Shown here one piece after another: positions 38,747 through 48,455 of a stretch of DNA of 64,000 nt. The DNA is taken from contig JBFMAF010000029.1 of NCBI GenBank assembly GCA_040755995.1, forward strand, positions 1-64,000. The letters run 5' to 3'. The notes under the pieces are model-generated. The model saw nothing but the letters and a program-made list of their open reading frames with translations. It made no database searches and was not told the DNA's origin. Made by a program: the position numbers and the translations under genes. Positions within the stretch are counted from its first letter, which is position 1; each line of letters starts with the position of its first letter. This stretch comes from Acidobacteriota bacterium. GTDB taxonomy: Bacteria; Acidobacteriota; CAIWXX01.

Positions 38747-39038
38747 AGGATTCCCTCCATTCCGAAACGATGTATCTAAGCGGCCACGAGACACTGTGTC
38801 TGTGACCCATACGATGAAACACTACAACCGTACTAATATCGAACGGCGAAACCGAACCAGGCCTGCCGGCGACATCCGGTGATCCGCGGTGGGTCTCCGA
38901 CGCCATCGGGCGCGGCCGGTGGAGGACCGACTACACACTGACGATAGGCCGTGGCCTGGGCGTTGTCAAGCCATCGCACGTTCCCGCGTTCACGGGTGCG
39001 CCCGGGTTTTCCGGTATAATTGATCGGAGGGTCCGAAG

Positions 39039-39425
39039 ATGGGAAGGATAGTGGCGTCGGTCAGAATCGAGAATGCGGCCGACCCCAGCGTCAAGCTCCG
39101 GTGTGACGCGCTTGTCGAGACTGGAGCGTCGCTCATGGTGCTTCCGAGCGCCTGGCGCGAGAGACTCGGCGTCTTGGACAACCTCAGACAAGTTCAAATG
39201 GAGACGGCCACGCAGGAGATCGTCGAAGGTCAGGTTTGCGGTCCAGTCAAGATCCAGATCGAGGGATTTCAACCCATCTACAGCGAGGTCCTCTTTGTGG
39301 ACATGAAGCCGGAGGAAGGTGACCACGAGCCGCTGATCGGGTACGTGGTCCTGGAGCAGTCCCAGGCGGCGGTGGACGTGCTGGGTCACCGCCTGATCCC
39401 CGTGAAACGCATGGACCTGAAATGA
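39039..39425 (+). CDS. clan AA aspartyl-protease-like protein (catalytic motif reads ETG)
   Basis: DALVETGA..LVLP..EPLIGYVVLEQ..VD. Confidence 0.75.
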   Translation: MGRIVASVRIENAADPSVKLRCDALVETGASLMVLPSAWRERLGVLDNLRQVQMETATQEIVEGQVCGPVKIQIEGFQPIYSEVLFVDMKPEEGDHEPLIGYVVLEQSQAAVDVLGHRLIPVKRMDLK

Positions 39426-39453
39426 CATCGGGGTGCTTCGGGATCGCGGCGGG

Positions 39454-40029
39454 ATGAGCGTGCCGGCGATCGTGCTAGCGGCCGGCAGGAGCAGCCGCTT
39501 CGGCCGCAACAAGCTCGTGCAGCCGGTGCGAGGCAGGCCGATGATCCACTGGGTCCTCGATGCTCTGGCGGATCCGCGACTTTCGCCAATCATCGTGGTC
39601 GTGGGGTTCGAGAAAGAGGTCGTCGCCGAGTGCTGCGCCCAGCTCGCTGGGCCCGTAACGATCGTCGAGAACGAGCTCTACGAACAGGGCAGGTCCAGCT
39701 CGATTCGCGCCGGCATCACTGCGCTCCCGCCTGGAAGCTCATGCGCTCTGGTCGCGCTAGGAGACATGCCATTCATCACGGCTTCGCTTGTCACGGCACT
39801 GCTCGATGCCTTTCACCGGAAGCCTCTGATTACGTTCCCGATCGTCGCAGGCAGGAAAGGACACCCCGTCATATTCCCGGCGCACACGTTTCCGCTGCTG
39901 CAGCAGTTGCGTGGAGACAAGACGCTCCACGACTACCTTCTGAACCACCCGGACCTCACGCAGCCGATCCCATGGGACGACAGCGGTTGCACGGTCGACA
40001 TTGATACGAGCGACGACCATCCAGGGTGA
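39454..40029 (+). CDS. MocA-like molybdenum cofactor nucleotidyltransferase
   Basis: IVLAAGRSSRFG.NKL..LGDMP..GHPVIF..DIDT. Confidence 0.85.
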   Translation: MSVPAIVLAAGRSSRFGRNKLVQPVRGRPMIHWVLDALADPRLSPIIVVVGFEKEVVAECCAQLAGPVTIVENELYEQGRSSSIRAGITALPPGSSCALVALGDMPFITASLVTALLDAFHRKPLITFPIVAGRKGHPVIFPAHTFPLLQQLRGDKTLHDYLLNHPDLTQPIPWDDSGCTVDIDTSDDHPG

Positions 40030-40290
40030 GGGCGCGCGCCGTACACCCCTGTGAGCCGCCGGTACGGGGACGGGGAGACGCGGGGACGCGGAGACCGCAC
40101 GGGTGCCGCACGCGCCTCCTCTGCCAGAAACCCCCACAGCGCGAATAGCTCAGATTGCGCCTGAGCGCCTGACACGATCATGCAACTTGACGCAATATGA
40201 TGTCAGGTAGCCACACGTTCTGGCGCCCGCTCATTCACGGGGCCCAGGATCGGATGACTACGATCCTTGGTTTCTTAGGAAGGGGGCATC

Positions 40291-40749
40291 ATGGAAGAGA
40301 AGGGGCTTGAACGTCGCGACTTCATGAGGACCACGGTGACTGGCGCCGCCGCCATGGCTGTGGGAGGCGCGCTCGGGAGCGAACATGCCCACGCGAGTGA
40401 CATCACGTGGGGAAAGAGGCTCAATGAGCCGCTCGTGAACCTGCTGGACGCCAAGTATGCTGACATGCTCGTCGGCGACGCCAGGAAGATCCTCAAGAAG
40501 GATCTCATCCATATGCGCATGATCGAGGTCCGTGATAGTGAGGGCTTGACGAACCCACGCATCAAGGCTCTGAATGTCACGGAGATTCGGTCGATCGAGG
40601 ATGCACTGGACCAGTGGCACAAGGACATCCTCCAGGGCACCGCGCAGGTGGATCTCGCCTCGCTTAACGGCGACGCATGCTGCTGCTGCACGTGCACTCC
40701 GTGCTGCTCCTGCACCTGCGCCGCCGCGGTTACTGACAGCGTGAGGTGA
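40291..40749 (+). CDS. RiPP precursor with a Tat-like signal and a Cys/Thr/Ser-rich core
   Basis: ERRDFMR + hydrophobic stretch + AHA; C-terminal CCCCTCTPCCSCTC; first gene of the YcaO cluster. Confidence 0.85.
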   Translation: MEEKGLERRDFMRTTVTGAAAMAVGGALGSEHAHASDITWGKRLNEPLVNLLDAKYADMLVGDARKILKKDLIHMRMIEVRDSEGLTNPRIKALNVTEIRSIEDALDQWHKDILQGTAQVDLASLNGDACCCCTCTPCCSCTCAAAVTDSVR

Positions 40750-40890
40750 TCGAGGGCTGGCGCCATTCGCGAGCTGCCGCGCCGGGACGAACGAACCTGG
40801 CGTGCACCGTCTACTTCGACCTCAGGGTGAGAAGTGTGCCAGCCCGAAGGGAGGGGCGTGGGGATTAGTGGAGCCCCTTGACCGTTGCCC

Positions 40891-42177
40891 ATGCATGTTC
40901 TCCTGATCCATCCTGATTACGAGTTGGACCCCGCCGCATATGGTGCGGCCGACTGTTGGTTCTGCGAGCCTCTCGCGCTAGAGTACCTGGCAGCCGGTGC
41001 CAGGCTCGACGGCCACGAGGTGCGCATTCTGGATCTGCGACTTCATCCGGGTGGTCTGAGCCGGGCACTCGCTGAATTCACTCCGGATGTAGCCGGCATA
41101 ACCGGCTACAGCCAGCATGTGCCGCGGATGCTGGAGATATGCAAGGAGTGCAAGGCGGTTCTCCCCAACTGCGCAACGGTAGTAGGCGGGCATCACGCGA
41201 CGGTGATGCCCGAGGATTTCTTCCGCTCGGAAGTCGACCACATCGTAATCGGGGAAGGGATTCTCCCGCTCCGCAGGCTTCTTGCCGATCTGGACATGGG
41301 CGTACGCGAGAGGGTGCCGGGCGTCTGGAGCCGGGATGGTGACGCGTTCATCGATGGCGGCGAGGCACCTCATCCCGCGCTGGATTCCCTGCCGCAGCCC
41401 GACAGGACGACCTCGGCGAGTGATCGGTCGTACTACTACATGGGGGCCATGAAGCCGGTCGCCCTGCTGCGTACCTCCATCGGCTGCACCTTCCGCTGCT
41501 CGTTCTGCTCGCTCTGGAGGTTGATGCGAGGGAAGTACCTGGTGAGGAGCATTGACGACGTCGTCCGAGAGATCGAGCAGATCGGCGAGGAGAATATCCA
41601 CGTTGTGGACGACGAGCCGTGGCTGGATCGCCGGCGCATGGAGTTGCTGGCCGGCAGTATCGCCAGGGCGGGGATCCGAAAGAGCTATTTCGCGTACTGC
41701 CGGGTGGATACCCTGATCAAGCACGAGAGCCTCTTGAGCACGTGGCGAGGCATAGGACTCCGCTGCCTGTTTCTGGGCATTGAGGCCATTACGCCCCGTG
41801 AGCTGCAACAGTACAAGAAGGGATACACGGTCGCGCAGGTGGAAAGGGCTCTGGAAAGGGCGGCGGACCTGGGCCTGACTCCATATTGCCTGTTCGTCAT
41901 TCATCCCTCCTATTCGCGAACGGAGTTCGACCGGCTCTCGCGTTTCATCCAGCGGCGGCGCATTCCGAATCCAAGCTTCACGGTCTGGACTCCACTTCCC
42001 GGAACCTATGAGCTGGCCGATTTCCAGGGACTGACTGAGCTTGGCGTCAACGGGCGTCCCAACTGGTACTACTGGGATCTCCAGCACCCGGTAGTCCCGA
42101 CGCGCCTGCCCAAGGAGGAGTTCATGCGACAAGTGCTTCGAATGCGCATGGTGCACAGCAACCTTCTCCGGCGATAG
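40891..42177 (+). CDS. cobalamin-dependent radical SAM enzyme (class B methyltransferase-like)
   Basis: N-terminal B12-binding domain (EPLALEYLA..VVGGHHAT..GEG) and CTFRCSFC. Confidence 0.9.
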   Translation: MHVLLIHPDYELDPAAYGAADCWFCEPLALEYLAAGARLDGHEVRILDLRLHPGGLSRALAEFTPDVAGITGYSQHVPRMLEICKECKAVLPNCATVVGGHHATVMPEDFFRSEVDHIVIGEGILPLRRLLADLDMGVRERVPGVWSRDGDAFIDGGEAPHPALDSLPQPDRTTSASDRSYYYMGAMKPVALLRTSIGCTFRCSFCSLWRLMRGKYLVRSIDDVVREIEQIGEENIHVVDDEPWLDRRRMELLAGSIARAGIRKSYFAYCRVDTLIKHESLLSTWRGIGLRCLFLGIEAITPRELQQYKKGYTVAQVERALERAADLGLTPYCLFVIHPSYSRTEFDRLSRFIQRRRIPNPSFTVWTPLPGTYELADFQGLTELGVNGRPNWYYWDLQHPVVPTRLPKEEFMRQVLRMRMVHSNLLRR

Positions 42178-42201
42178 TCGGGTATCGAAAGGACAATCCC
42201 C

Positions 42202-43296
42202 ATGCCTGAAGACAGGAGACTGCGGTCATTCACGGTTCAGTTGATTGAGCAGAGCGACGGGGTGCTCATCCTCAGAGGGAACAGACGGCTGAGAGTGACG
42301 GGGGAAGGAGCCGCCGAAGCAACTCAGATCATCTTCACGGCCACGTCCGAAGATGGTATACCCCTGGAACAGTTGCTGGAGCTCTTCCCAGGGCCCGACA
42401 GGGACCCAGCCGAAAAGCTCATCGAGCGCCTGCTGGGTGCGTCGTTTCTGATCTACTCCGACGGCCCCCTGCAGCCGCCTCTGGATAGGATGGAGGACGA
42501 GCAAGACATCTTCTACTGGACATATGGAGTCGGTGCCAGCACCGTCAGGAAGAACCTGGATCAGTTTGGAATCCTCGTCGCCGGAGTGAACCGGATCACA
42601 CGCCGGCTGTGCGAGGCGATCCAGCTGTGCGGCATCAGCAAGTACCAGGTCATCGACGACAATCTGCTTCGCAACGCCCGTCTATTCGATGCCGACGGGC
42701 GACTGCGCCCAGAGGAATGGCCGTCCCCGCTGCACGCGCCGATCGGGAACGAGGGCCGTCTCAGGGACATCGATCTCTCAGGCATCGGCTGCCTGATCGC
42801 GGCCTCGGATGCGGGGGGCCAGTACTACCTGCGCGACTGGAACCGCTACTGCGTGGACAACAAGCTGGTGTTCCTGCCGGTGGTCCTGAGGGATGCCGTG
42901 GGATTGGTGGGTCCCATAGTGGTTCCGGGCGATACGGCTTGTCTCGAGTGCCTGCGGCTGCGCGAGGACTCGAACCTCGGCGACCCGCCGGCGATGCGCG
43001 CAGGCGAAGCCCACGCCTTCCACGCCCAGATCGTCAACGGGATGCTTCCGTCCATGGCCTCGATCCTGGGGGACATCGCCGCGATGGAGACCGTCAAGTT
43101 TTTCTCCCGCCTGCTGCCGTGGAGAGTCGGCCACCTGGTGGAAGTGAATCTCATGGCTCCCGAGCTCCAGGTGCGGAGAGTACTGCGAGTGCCGCGGTGC
43201 CCAGTCTGCGGTCCTCTGTCCCGCACACCGTCACAATCCCCGCTCAAGCTCAGTTTCGTACCCGCCAACTACACGGACTACACCGATGCGAAGTGA
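42202..43296 (+). CDS. TOMM leader-binding E1-like partner of YcaO
   Basis: N-terminal RRE-like region; VGPIVVPGDTACLECL..R; RVPRCPVC. Confidence 0.88.
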   Translation: MPEDRRLRSFTVQLIEQSDGVLILRGNRRLRVTGEGAAEATQIIFTATSEDGIPLEQLLELFPGPDRDPAEKLIERLLGASFLIYSDGPLQPPLDRMEDEQDIFYWTYGVGASTVRKNLDQFGILVAGVNRITRRLCEAIQLCGISKYQVIDDNLLRNARLFDADGRLRPEEWPSPLHAPIGNEGRLRDIDLSGIGCLIAASDAGGQYYLRDWNRYCVDNKLVFLPVVLRDAVGLVGPIVVPGDTACLECLRLREDSNLGDPPAMRAGEAHAFHAQIVNGMLPSMASILGDIAAMETVKFFSRLLPWRVGHLVEVNLMAPELQVRRVLRVPRCPVCGPLSRTPSQSPLKLSFVPANYTDYTDAK

Positions 43297-44617
43297 CGAC
43301 GTCCCGGTGCGCCGCCTCCTGGGTGCCCTCGATCACGTGGTCGACGGCAGGGTCGGCATTGTCAAGAGCCTTGAGGAACGACCGGCGGAGCCGGGAGCAC
43401 CGGCCTTTCATCATGTGTACTCGCATGCATGCAACACGGCCTGTTTCGCGGGCTACGAGAACTTCCGGCACAACGGCGGCGCCGCGGCGACGCTCGAACG
43501 CGCCGTGGCCAAGGCAGTCGGGGAGGCCGTCGAGCGGTACTGTTCCGCTATCTACGATCATACGGCGCTGACCGTTTGCCCCGCTGAATCCGCCCCCTTC
43601 GAATGCATCGACCCTGCCGTCTTGGAGCTTTACCGGCCTGAGGATTACAGCAGGCCGGACTTCCCATGGACTCAGTGCCTGCCGTCCACCCCGGTCCGCT
43701 GGACCAGATGTGTTGATGTCTTGGCCGGCCGAGAGATCCACGTGCCGGCGGCGATGGTCCATCTTCCTTACTACTTCCACCCCGCCAACGAGGACCCTCC
43801 TATCATGCAGCCTATCTCCACGGGACTTGCCTGCCACATGGGCGCGTTTGGAGCGGCATGCGCAGGTGTTTATGAAGTAGTGGAACGCGATGCGATTACG
43901 ATCGCTTGGCAGGCGGAGCTGCCGCTGCCCCACGTCATTCCGGAAACCCTCATCGCGGAGAGCTACGACCTGGTGGAGCGATTCGAGAGAGTCGGCTTCC
44001 GCGTGACGATCCTGGACGCAACGATGGATCACGGGATTCCCACTATTCTGAGCGTGTTGCTGAGCGACGTGGAAACGCAGCCCGCGGTCGTGGTGGCCGG
44101 CGCAGCTCATCTGGATCCCGAGCGCGCCATGCGCGCGAGCCTCGAGGAGTTGGCCCATACGCGGCGCTACAGCCACCTGATTAAGAGCTACAGCCCGCTC
44201 AAGGAGGCGGGACTGGACTACCAGGAAGTGAAGAACCAGGTCGGGCACCTTGGGTATTGGGCCGAGCATGAGAACCGGCACAAGATAGGCTTCCTGCTGC
44301 GTTCCGAGGAGCGGGTGGATTTCGGCGAAATCCCGTGCCTGGACACCGGCCATCCCAGGGAGAACTTGCTCGTCCTGTGCCGCCGGATCGAGTCCGTCGG
44401 CTGTCGCGTGCTCGTGGCTGACCTGACCACCGACGACGTTCGCGACCTGGGTTTTGCCGTAGTCCGAGCCGTCGTCCCCGGTTTCCATCCCCTCTTCCTC
44501 GGCCATTCGCACCGCGCCACCGCAGGAATAAGACTGACTCAGACGCCCGGGCGCCTTGGACTGGTAGGACGAGACGTGCGAGACGGTGGCAATCCGTTGC
44601 CCCATCCCTATCCGTGA
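43286..44617 (+). CDS. YcaO cyclodehydratase
   Basis: KAVGEAVERY, STGLACH, EVVERDA and a C-terminal PLPHPYP typical of azoline-forming YcaO. Confidence 0.95.
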   Translation: MRSDDVPVRRLLGALDHVVDGRVGIVKSLEERPAEPGAPAFHHVYSHACNTACFAGYENFRHNGGAAATLERAVAKAVGEAVERYCSAIYDHTALTVCPAESAPFECIDPAVLELYRPEDYSRPDFPWTQCLPSTPVRWTRCVDVLAGREIHVPAAMVHLPYYFHPANEDPPIMQPISTGLACHMGAFGAACAGVYEVVERDAITIAWQAELPLPHVIPETLIAESYDLVERFERVGFRVTILDATMDHGIPTILSVLLSDVETQPAVVVAGAAHLDPERAMRASLEELAHTRRYSHLIKSYSPLKEAGLDYQEVKNQVGHLGYWAEHENRHKIGFLLRSEERVDFGEIPCLDTGHPRENLLVLCRRIESVGCRVLVADLTTDDVRDLGFAVVRAVVPGFHPLFLGHSHRATAGIRLTQTPGRLGLVGRDVRDGGNPLPHPYP

Positions 44618-44624
44618 GGTGGAC

Positions 44625-45425
44625 ATGCTGATGGAGAACAGAACGTTGAGAAGCCTGCGGCGGGCCGTCGGCGCGGCCAGCCGGTCGTGGGAGATCTACC
44701 ATGAGAATTCCAAACTGACTCAATTCGATATTGCGCCTCCAGGGGAGTGGGTGGTGCAGGAGATGGAGCGATACACGCATTCTCTGGACTTCCGAGGGAG
44801 ACCGGAATTCAAGCTCCCCGCCGACCTCGACCCCTTGCAGCTCTCCCTTGGGGAATCCATCACGCAGCGCGTATCGACACGCAAGTTCTCCGAACGGGCT
44901 ATCGCCTTTCGGGAGCTGGCCACCCTGCTGCACTACTCTTATGGGATCAATCGAACCAACGAGGGAACGGGCTTCCCCAGACCGTTCCGCAACGTTCCAT
45001 CGGGCGGCGCACTGTACCCTCTGGATATCTTCTGCTGTGTGAGGGCCGTCGACGGCCTGAGCCCCGGCCTCTATCACTTTCACCCCCCGAGCAGCAGCCT
45101 GAGGCTGCTCGCCGAAGGCGACTGGACAAGGCAGCTCTCGCCGATCGTCGTGCAACAGGAGTTGAGCGCTGCCGCCGTCATGCTGTTCATAGTGGCGCAG
45201 TTCGAGCGCGCCCTGTTCAAGTACAAGGACCGAGGCTACCGGTTCGTGTTGCTCGACGCGGGGCACCTGGCACAGAACATCAATCTCGCATCCACTGCAC
45301 TGGGCCTCGGATCGGTCGATATCGGCGGCTATTTCGATCGCAAGGCCGACGATTTCGTCGGAGTCGACGGCCTGCTGCAGTCGACGATCTACATGGTGGC
45401 CGTCGGGCACAAGCAGGCCGAATAG
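44625..45425 (+). CDS. SagB/ThcOx FMN-dependent azoline dehydrogenase
   Basis: YHENSK, RVSTRKF, RNVPSGGALYP, KYKDRGYRF..LDAGH. Confidence 0.93.
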   Translation: MLMENRTLRSLRRAVGAASRSWEIYHENSKLTQFDIAPPGEWVVQEMERYTHSLDFRGRPEFKLPADLDPLQLSLGESITQRVSTRKFSERAIAFRELATLLHYSYGINRTNEGTGFPRPFRNVPSGGALYPLDIFCCVRAVDGLSPGLYHFHPPSSSLRLLAEGDWTRQLSPIVVQQELSAAAVMLFIVAQFERALFKYKDRGYRFVLLDAGHLAQNINLASTALGLGSVDIGGYFDRKADDFVGVDGLLQSTIYMVAVGHKQAE

Positions 45426-45455
45426 CTGATCCGCACCGATCGATGGGGGCAGAAC

Positions 45456-46370
45456 ATGATCGATGATCAGGCGTATGTGCAGTTGTTGTCCAGACATTGG
45501 GGACTTTTCGGCAGCGAAGGTCAGGAGAGGATCGCCAGGGCGAGGGTTGCCGTCGGAGGGTTGGGGGGCATTGGGAGCGCGGCGGCGCTGCTTTTTGCCA
45601 AAGCCTCGGTCGGCAAGCTCGTCATCTGTGACCGCCAGGCGTACGGCGTCGAAAACGTCTGCCAGCAGGCTCTGGCTTCGCACGGAGCTGTTGGAATACC
45701 GAAGGCCGATGCCGCGGCCGCCGAGTGCGCCCGGCACACCCGGCACACTGAGCTCAAGGCATTCTCAGGTGATCTCACGGACCCGGTGGTTGCGGCCGCT
45801 CTGGTCGAAGGCGCCGACGTGGTTGTGTCCGCTGTGGACAACCCCGAAGCCCGCAGCGTCCTGGGCGTCGTCTGTTCGCGTGCCGGCATCCCATTCGTGG
45901 TGCCGGCAGCCATCGGGTGGAGCATCATTCACACAGTCTACTTCCCGGGCGAATGGGCTTATGACAGCCAGTTTCGGTTCATGAAGGGCATCCGTCTCAG
46001 CGATGGTCTGCCTGACATGCGCGACGAGCTCACCAGCCGGATGATCCGGCGGGAATGGAGAATGTGGTCGGTCGCAGTAGCAGGCTGGAACAGGGAAGCC
46101 CTGGAGAAGTTCCTCAGAGGCGAAGAGCCCTGCTATTGGATCTCCGCACCCCAATGCTTCTTCGGCGCGTCGCTGGGGATCCTTGACGCACTCAAGATTG
46201 TCAGTGGCGTGGGCGCTCCGTTCAGATACCCGGCGCTCTTCTGCTACGACACGAAATCACATTGCATACTCTCGCTGAACGATATTCTGAGGCGCCGACA
46301 CTGCCTGCAGGAGGTTTGGGAGAAGGGCCCCGAGGCAGTGCTGACGGTGGTTGAGTCGTGGGAGACGTGA
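45456..46370 (+). CDS. ThiF/MoeB-family adenylyltransferase-like protein
   Basis: GQERI..ARVAVGGLGGIG..ICD..KADAA..DVVVSAVDN. Confidence 0.85.
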   Translation: MIDDQAYVQLLSRHWGLFGSEGQERIARARVAVGGLGGIGSAAALLFAKASVGKLVICDRQAYGVENVCQQALASHGAVGIPKADAAAAECARHTRHTELKAFSGDLTDPVVAAALVEGADVVVSAVDNPEARSVLGVVCSRAGIPFVVPAAIGWSIIHTVYFPGEWAYDSQFRFMKGIRLSDGLPDMRDELTSRMIRREWRMWSVAVAGWNREALEKFLRGEEPCYWISAPQCFFGASLGILDALKIVSGVGAPFRYPALFCYDTKSHCILSLNDILRRRHCLQEVWEKGPEAVLTVVESWET

Positions 46371-46509
46371 GCCAGCCGACGCACTGATGCAGGGATTCGC
46401 TGCATCAAGGCCGATTGCTGCCATATGGTTGCTGGCTGCGCCGCCCATCGCGCTGATGAGGGAGGCTGGCAGACGGAGCGGGCAATGCGGTCGGCGCCGG
46501 CCTCAACAC

Positions 46510-47406
46510 TCAACGTCGTGCGGGCCATCCCCGCTGTAACACATCGAGGGCAGCCGCCGCGTCCAACGCGCGAGGCGCAGTCTCCCCCTCGAACGCGAGC
46601 GGATGCGCCGTCTCGCGGAGGATCTGCTTGCATTGAGACGGCGACAGATCGGGCTTGACGGCCTTCATGAGCGCTAAAACTCCTCCAACTACTGGTGCCG
46701 TCGAAGAAACAGATAAGAACGCTTGTCTCCAGGGCTTGTTCTCGGACAGCACTTGGCGACACCTCTCAATCCACACAACGGTGTAGTCGTAGTGAAGGAC
46801 ATTGACGTCCGGCTCTCTGCCGTCATCAGTACCGCCCCACAAGCCGGAAGGCATGATGTTGCCGGGATGACTACAGTGAATGAAGGCGGTCCCGATCCCA
46901 GCCTTGTGGGCGCGATCCAGGGCAGCGTCGAGGACTCTCCGCGCTTGCCCGCCGACTGCCTCCTGTGAATACGTCAGCACGTGCAGTCGTTGTTCGATTG
47001 CCCAGTCGACGGCATCCGATATGGCAGTCACTGTGGCAGGGGGATCGTCGAAGACGACCACATTGAGAGCGTAGACATCGGCCTCTGGCGCGATTTCGTG
47101 GAGGACCGTTGCCATCCAGTATCCATGCCATTCCCGTTCCATGAGGTACGCCTCACCGCCCTTCGCGAAGTTCCTCGCACCCGCGTACAGCGTTGGATGC
47201 AGCCTCACGCCGAAGCTATGGTCCAGTATTCCTACCCGGATTCCACGACCCCTCGAGATGTTCTGGGCCTGCGCGATGTTGTGTAGTGTGAAGTAGGATT
47301 CCCTGCCGTTGGCACCTGGAAAAACCAGAACCGTGTTCGGATCGTCGGCATGAAGGAGAGTGCCCAGAAAACACAACGTTGCAGGAATCAGAATTACGCA
47401 TCGCAT
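46510..47406 (-). CDS. secreted S8 subtilisin-like peptidase
   Basis: Signal peptide; GIRVGILD, WHG..MA..IAPEA, VSSTAPVVGGVLALM. Confidence 0.8.
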   Translation of the reverse strand: MRCVILIPATLCFLGTLLHADDPNTVLVFPGANGRESYFTLHNIAQAQNISRGRGIRVGILDHSFGVRLHPTLYAGARNFAKGGEAYLMEREWHGYWMATVLHEIAPEADVYALNVVVFDDPPATVTAISDAVDWAIEQRLHVLTYSQEAVGGQARRVLDAALDRAHKAGIGTAFIHCSHPGNIMPSGLWGGTDDGREPDVNVLHYDYTVVWIERCRQVLSENKPWRQAFLSVSSTAPVVGGVLALMKAVKPDLSPSQCKQILRETAHPLAFEGETAPRALDAAAALDVLQRGWPARR

Positions 47407-47590
47407 CTTTCCCCTCCGTGAGGATACACATCTGGAATACGGCCTGATCCTGGAGCGCTCCGCAGCGGGGGCAGGCGGCGAAGTGCGGCAGGCTATGGGG
47501 CACGGCATGATTTCACCCCAGAGCTAAGCATGACAAACCCCGGGGCCTGAAACCAGGACAACTTCGGCGCAGCCCCGCGCGATGTCGAGC

Positions 47591-47842
47591 TCAAGCGGCG
47601 CGACGCTTTGATGCGCGTCTGCCGGAGCGACCGGTGATGCGCGCGGTTTCCTGCGTGAGCGCGAGCAACGCTCGCAACGCCTCGTTTACCGCGTTAGAAC
47701 TGGGGAACACCTTGGCCAGGCTCGGATCGAGAAGGACAACCGACGTGCCCTTCGCGACCTCTTTGAAGAACTTCCCCCGTTCCAGCCTGCCGAAGTCGGA
47801 GCGTCGGTACTCTGCGCGCATTCCGTCTTCAACCTTCTTCAT
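47591..47842 (-). CDS. BrnA-like antitoxin
   Basis: MRAEY..RGKF..VLLDP.LAKVFP..AVNEALR. Confidence 0.8.
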   Translation of the reverse strand: MKKVEDGMRAEYRRSDFGRLERGKFFKEVAKGTSVVLLDPSLAKVFPSSNAVNEALRALLALTQETARITGRSGRRASKRRAA

Positions 47843-48104
47843 ATAGCTTCCTCTCTGCGTGAGTGGCACGCCGGGCGCTGATGATGCGAATGCCGCCATG
47901 GCGATAAGTACGCGAGACCGCAAGCAATCGACCAAGGCCCGACAGTCCGAATGTGATGTAACGAGACTCCTCTGCGGAGTGGTCAGGGTCCGGACCAGAT
48001 ACCGCCAGCGGATCAAGGAACACTGAGGCACCTTCGTCGAAGGATACGCCGTGCTTGGCCGCGTTGGACCTTGCCTTCACCGGATCCCGTTCGAACTTCA
48101 TCAT
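47829..48104 (-). CDS. BrnT-family toxin
   Basis: KA.SN..KHGVSFDE..VF.DP..DPDHS..E.R..IRIISAR.AT. Confidence 0.9.
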   Translation of the reverse strand: MMKFERDPVKARSNAAKHGVSFDEGASVFLDPLAVSGPDPDHSAEESRYITFGLSGLGRLLAVSRTYRHGGIRIISARRATHAERKLYEEG

Positions 48105-48455
48105 CGCCAGTGCCCCGGTCTGCCATGCACGATTGCCATCGCTCGCAGATGATACACCGAGAAGAAGGCCGTCTCAACGGGCCAATGGACTTGCGGACTT
48201 ACACAACAGGTAAGCTTGTGCTGGGCGCCGCCGGAGCGCCGAGGCAGGCGAGCCCCCAGGTGGGCTACACACCACTTCGCGCCGACTTCCATGGTGCGCG
48301 GCCGCGTTTGCGTAGTATAATCCGTTTACAAGACCAGAGAGATGCTCATGCGCGATCTAGTTTCACGCGAGGTCTCGGAGGAGCCGGAACCCCTGGGACT
48401 GATGCTCGACATGCAAGATATCTGGGAGCCTATCGACGAGTTGCAGGAGGTCTGA

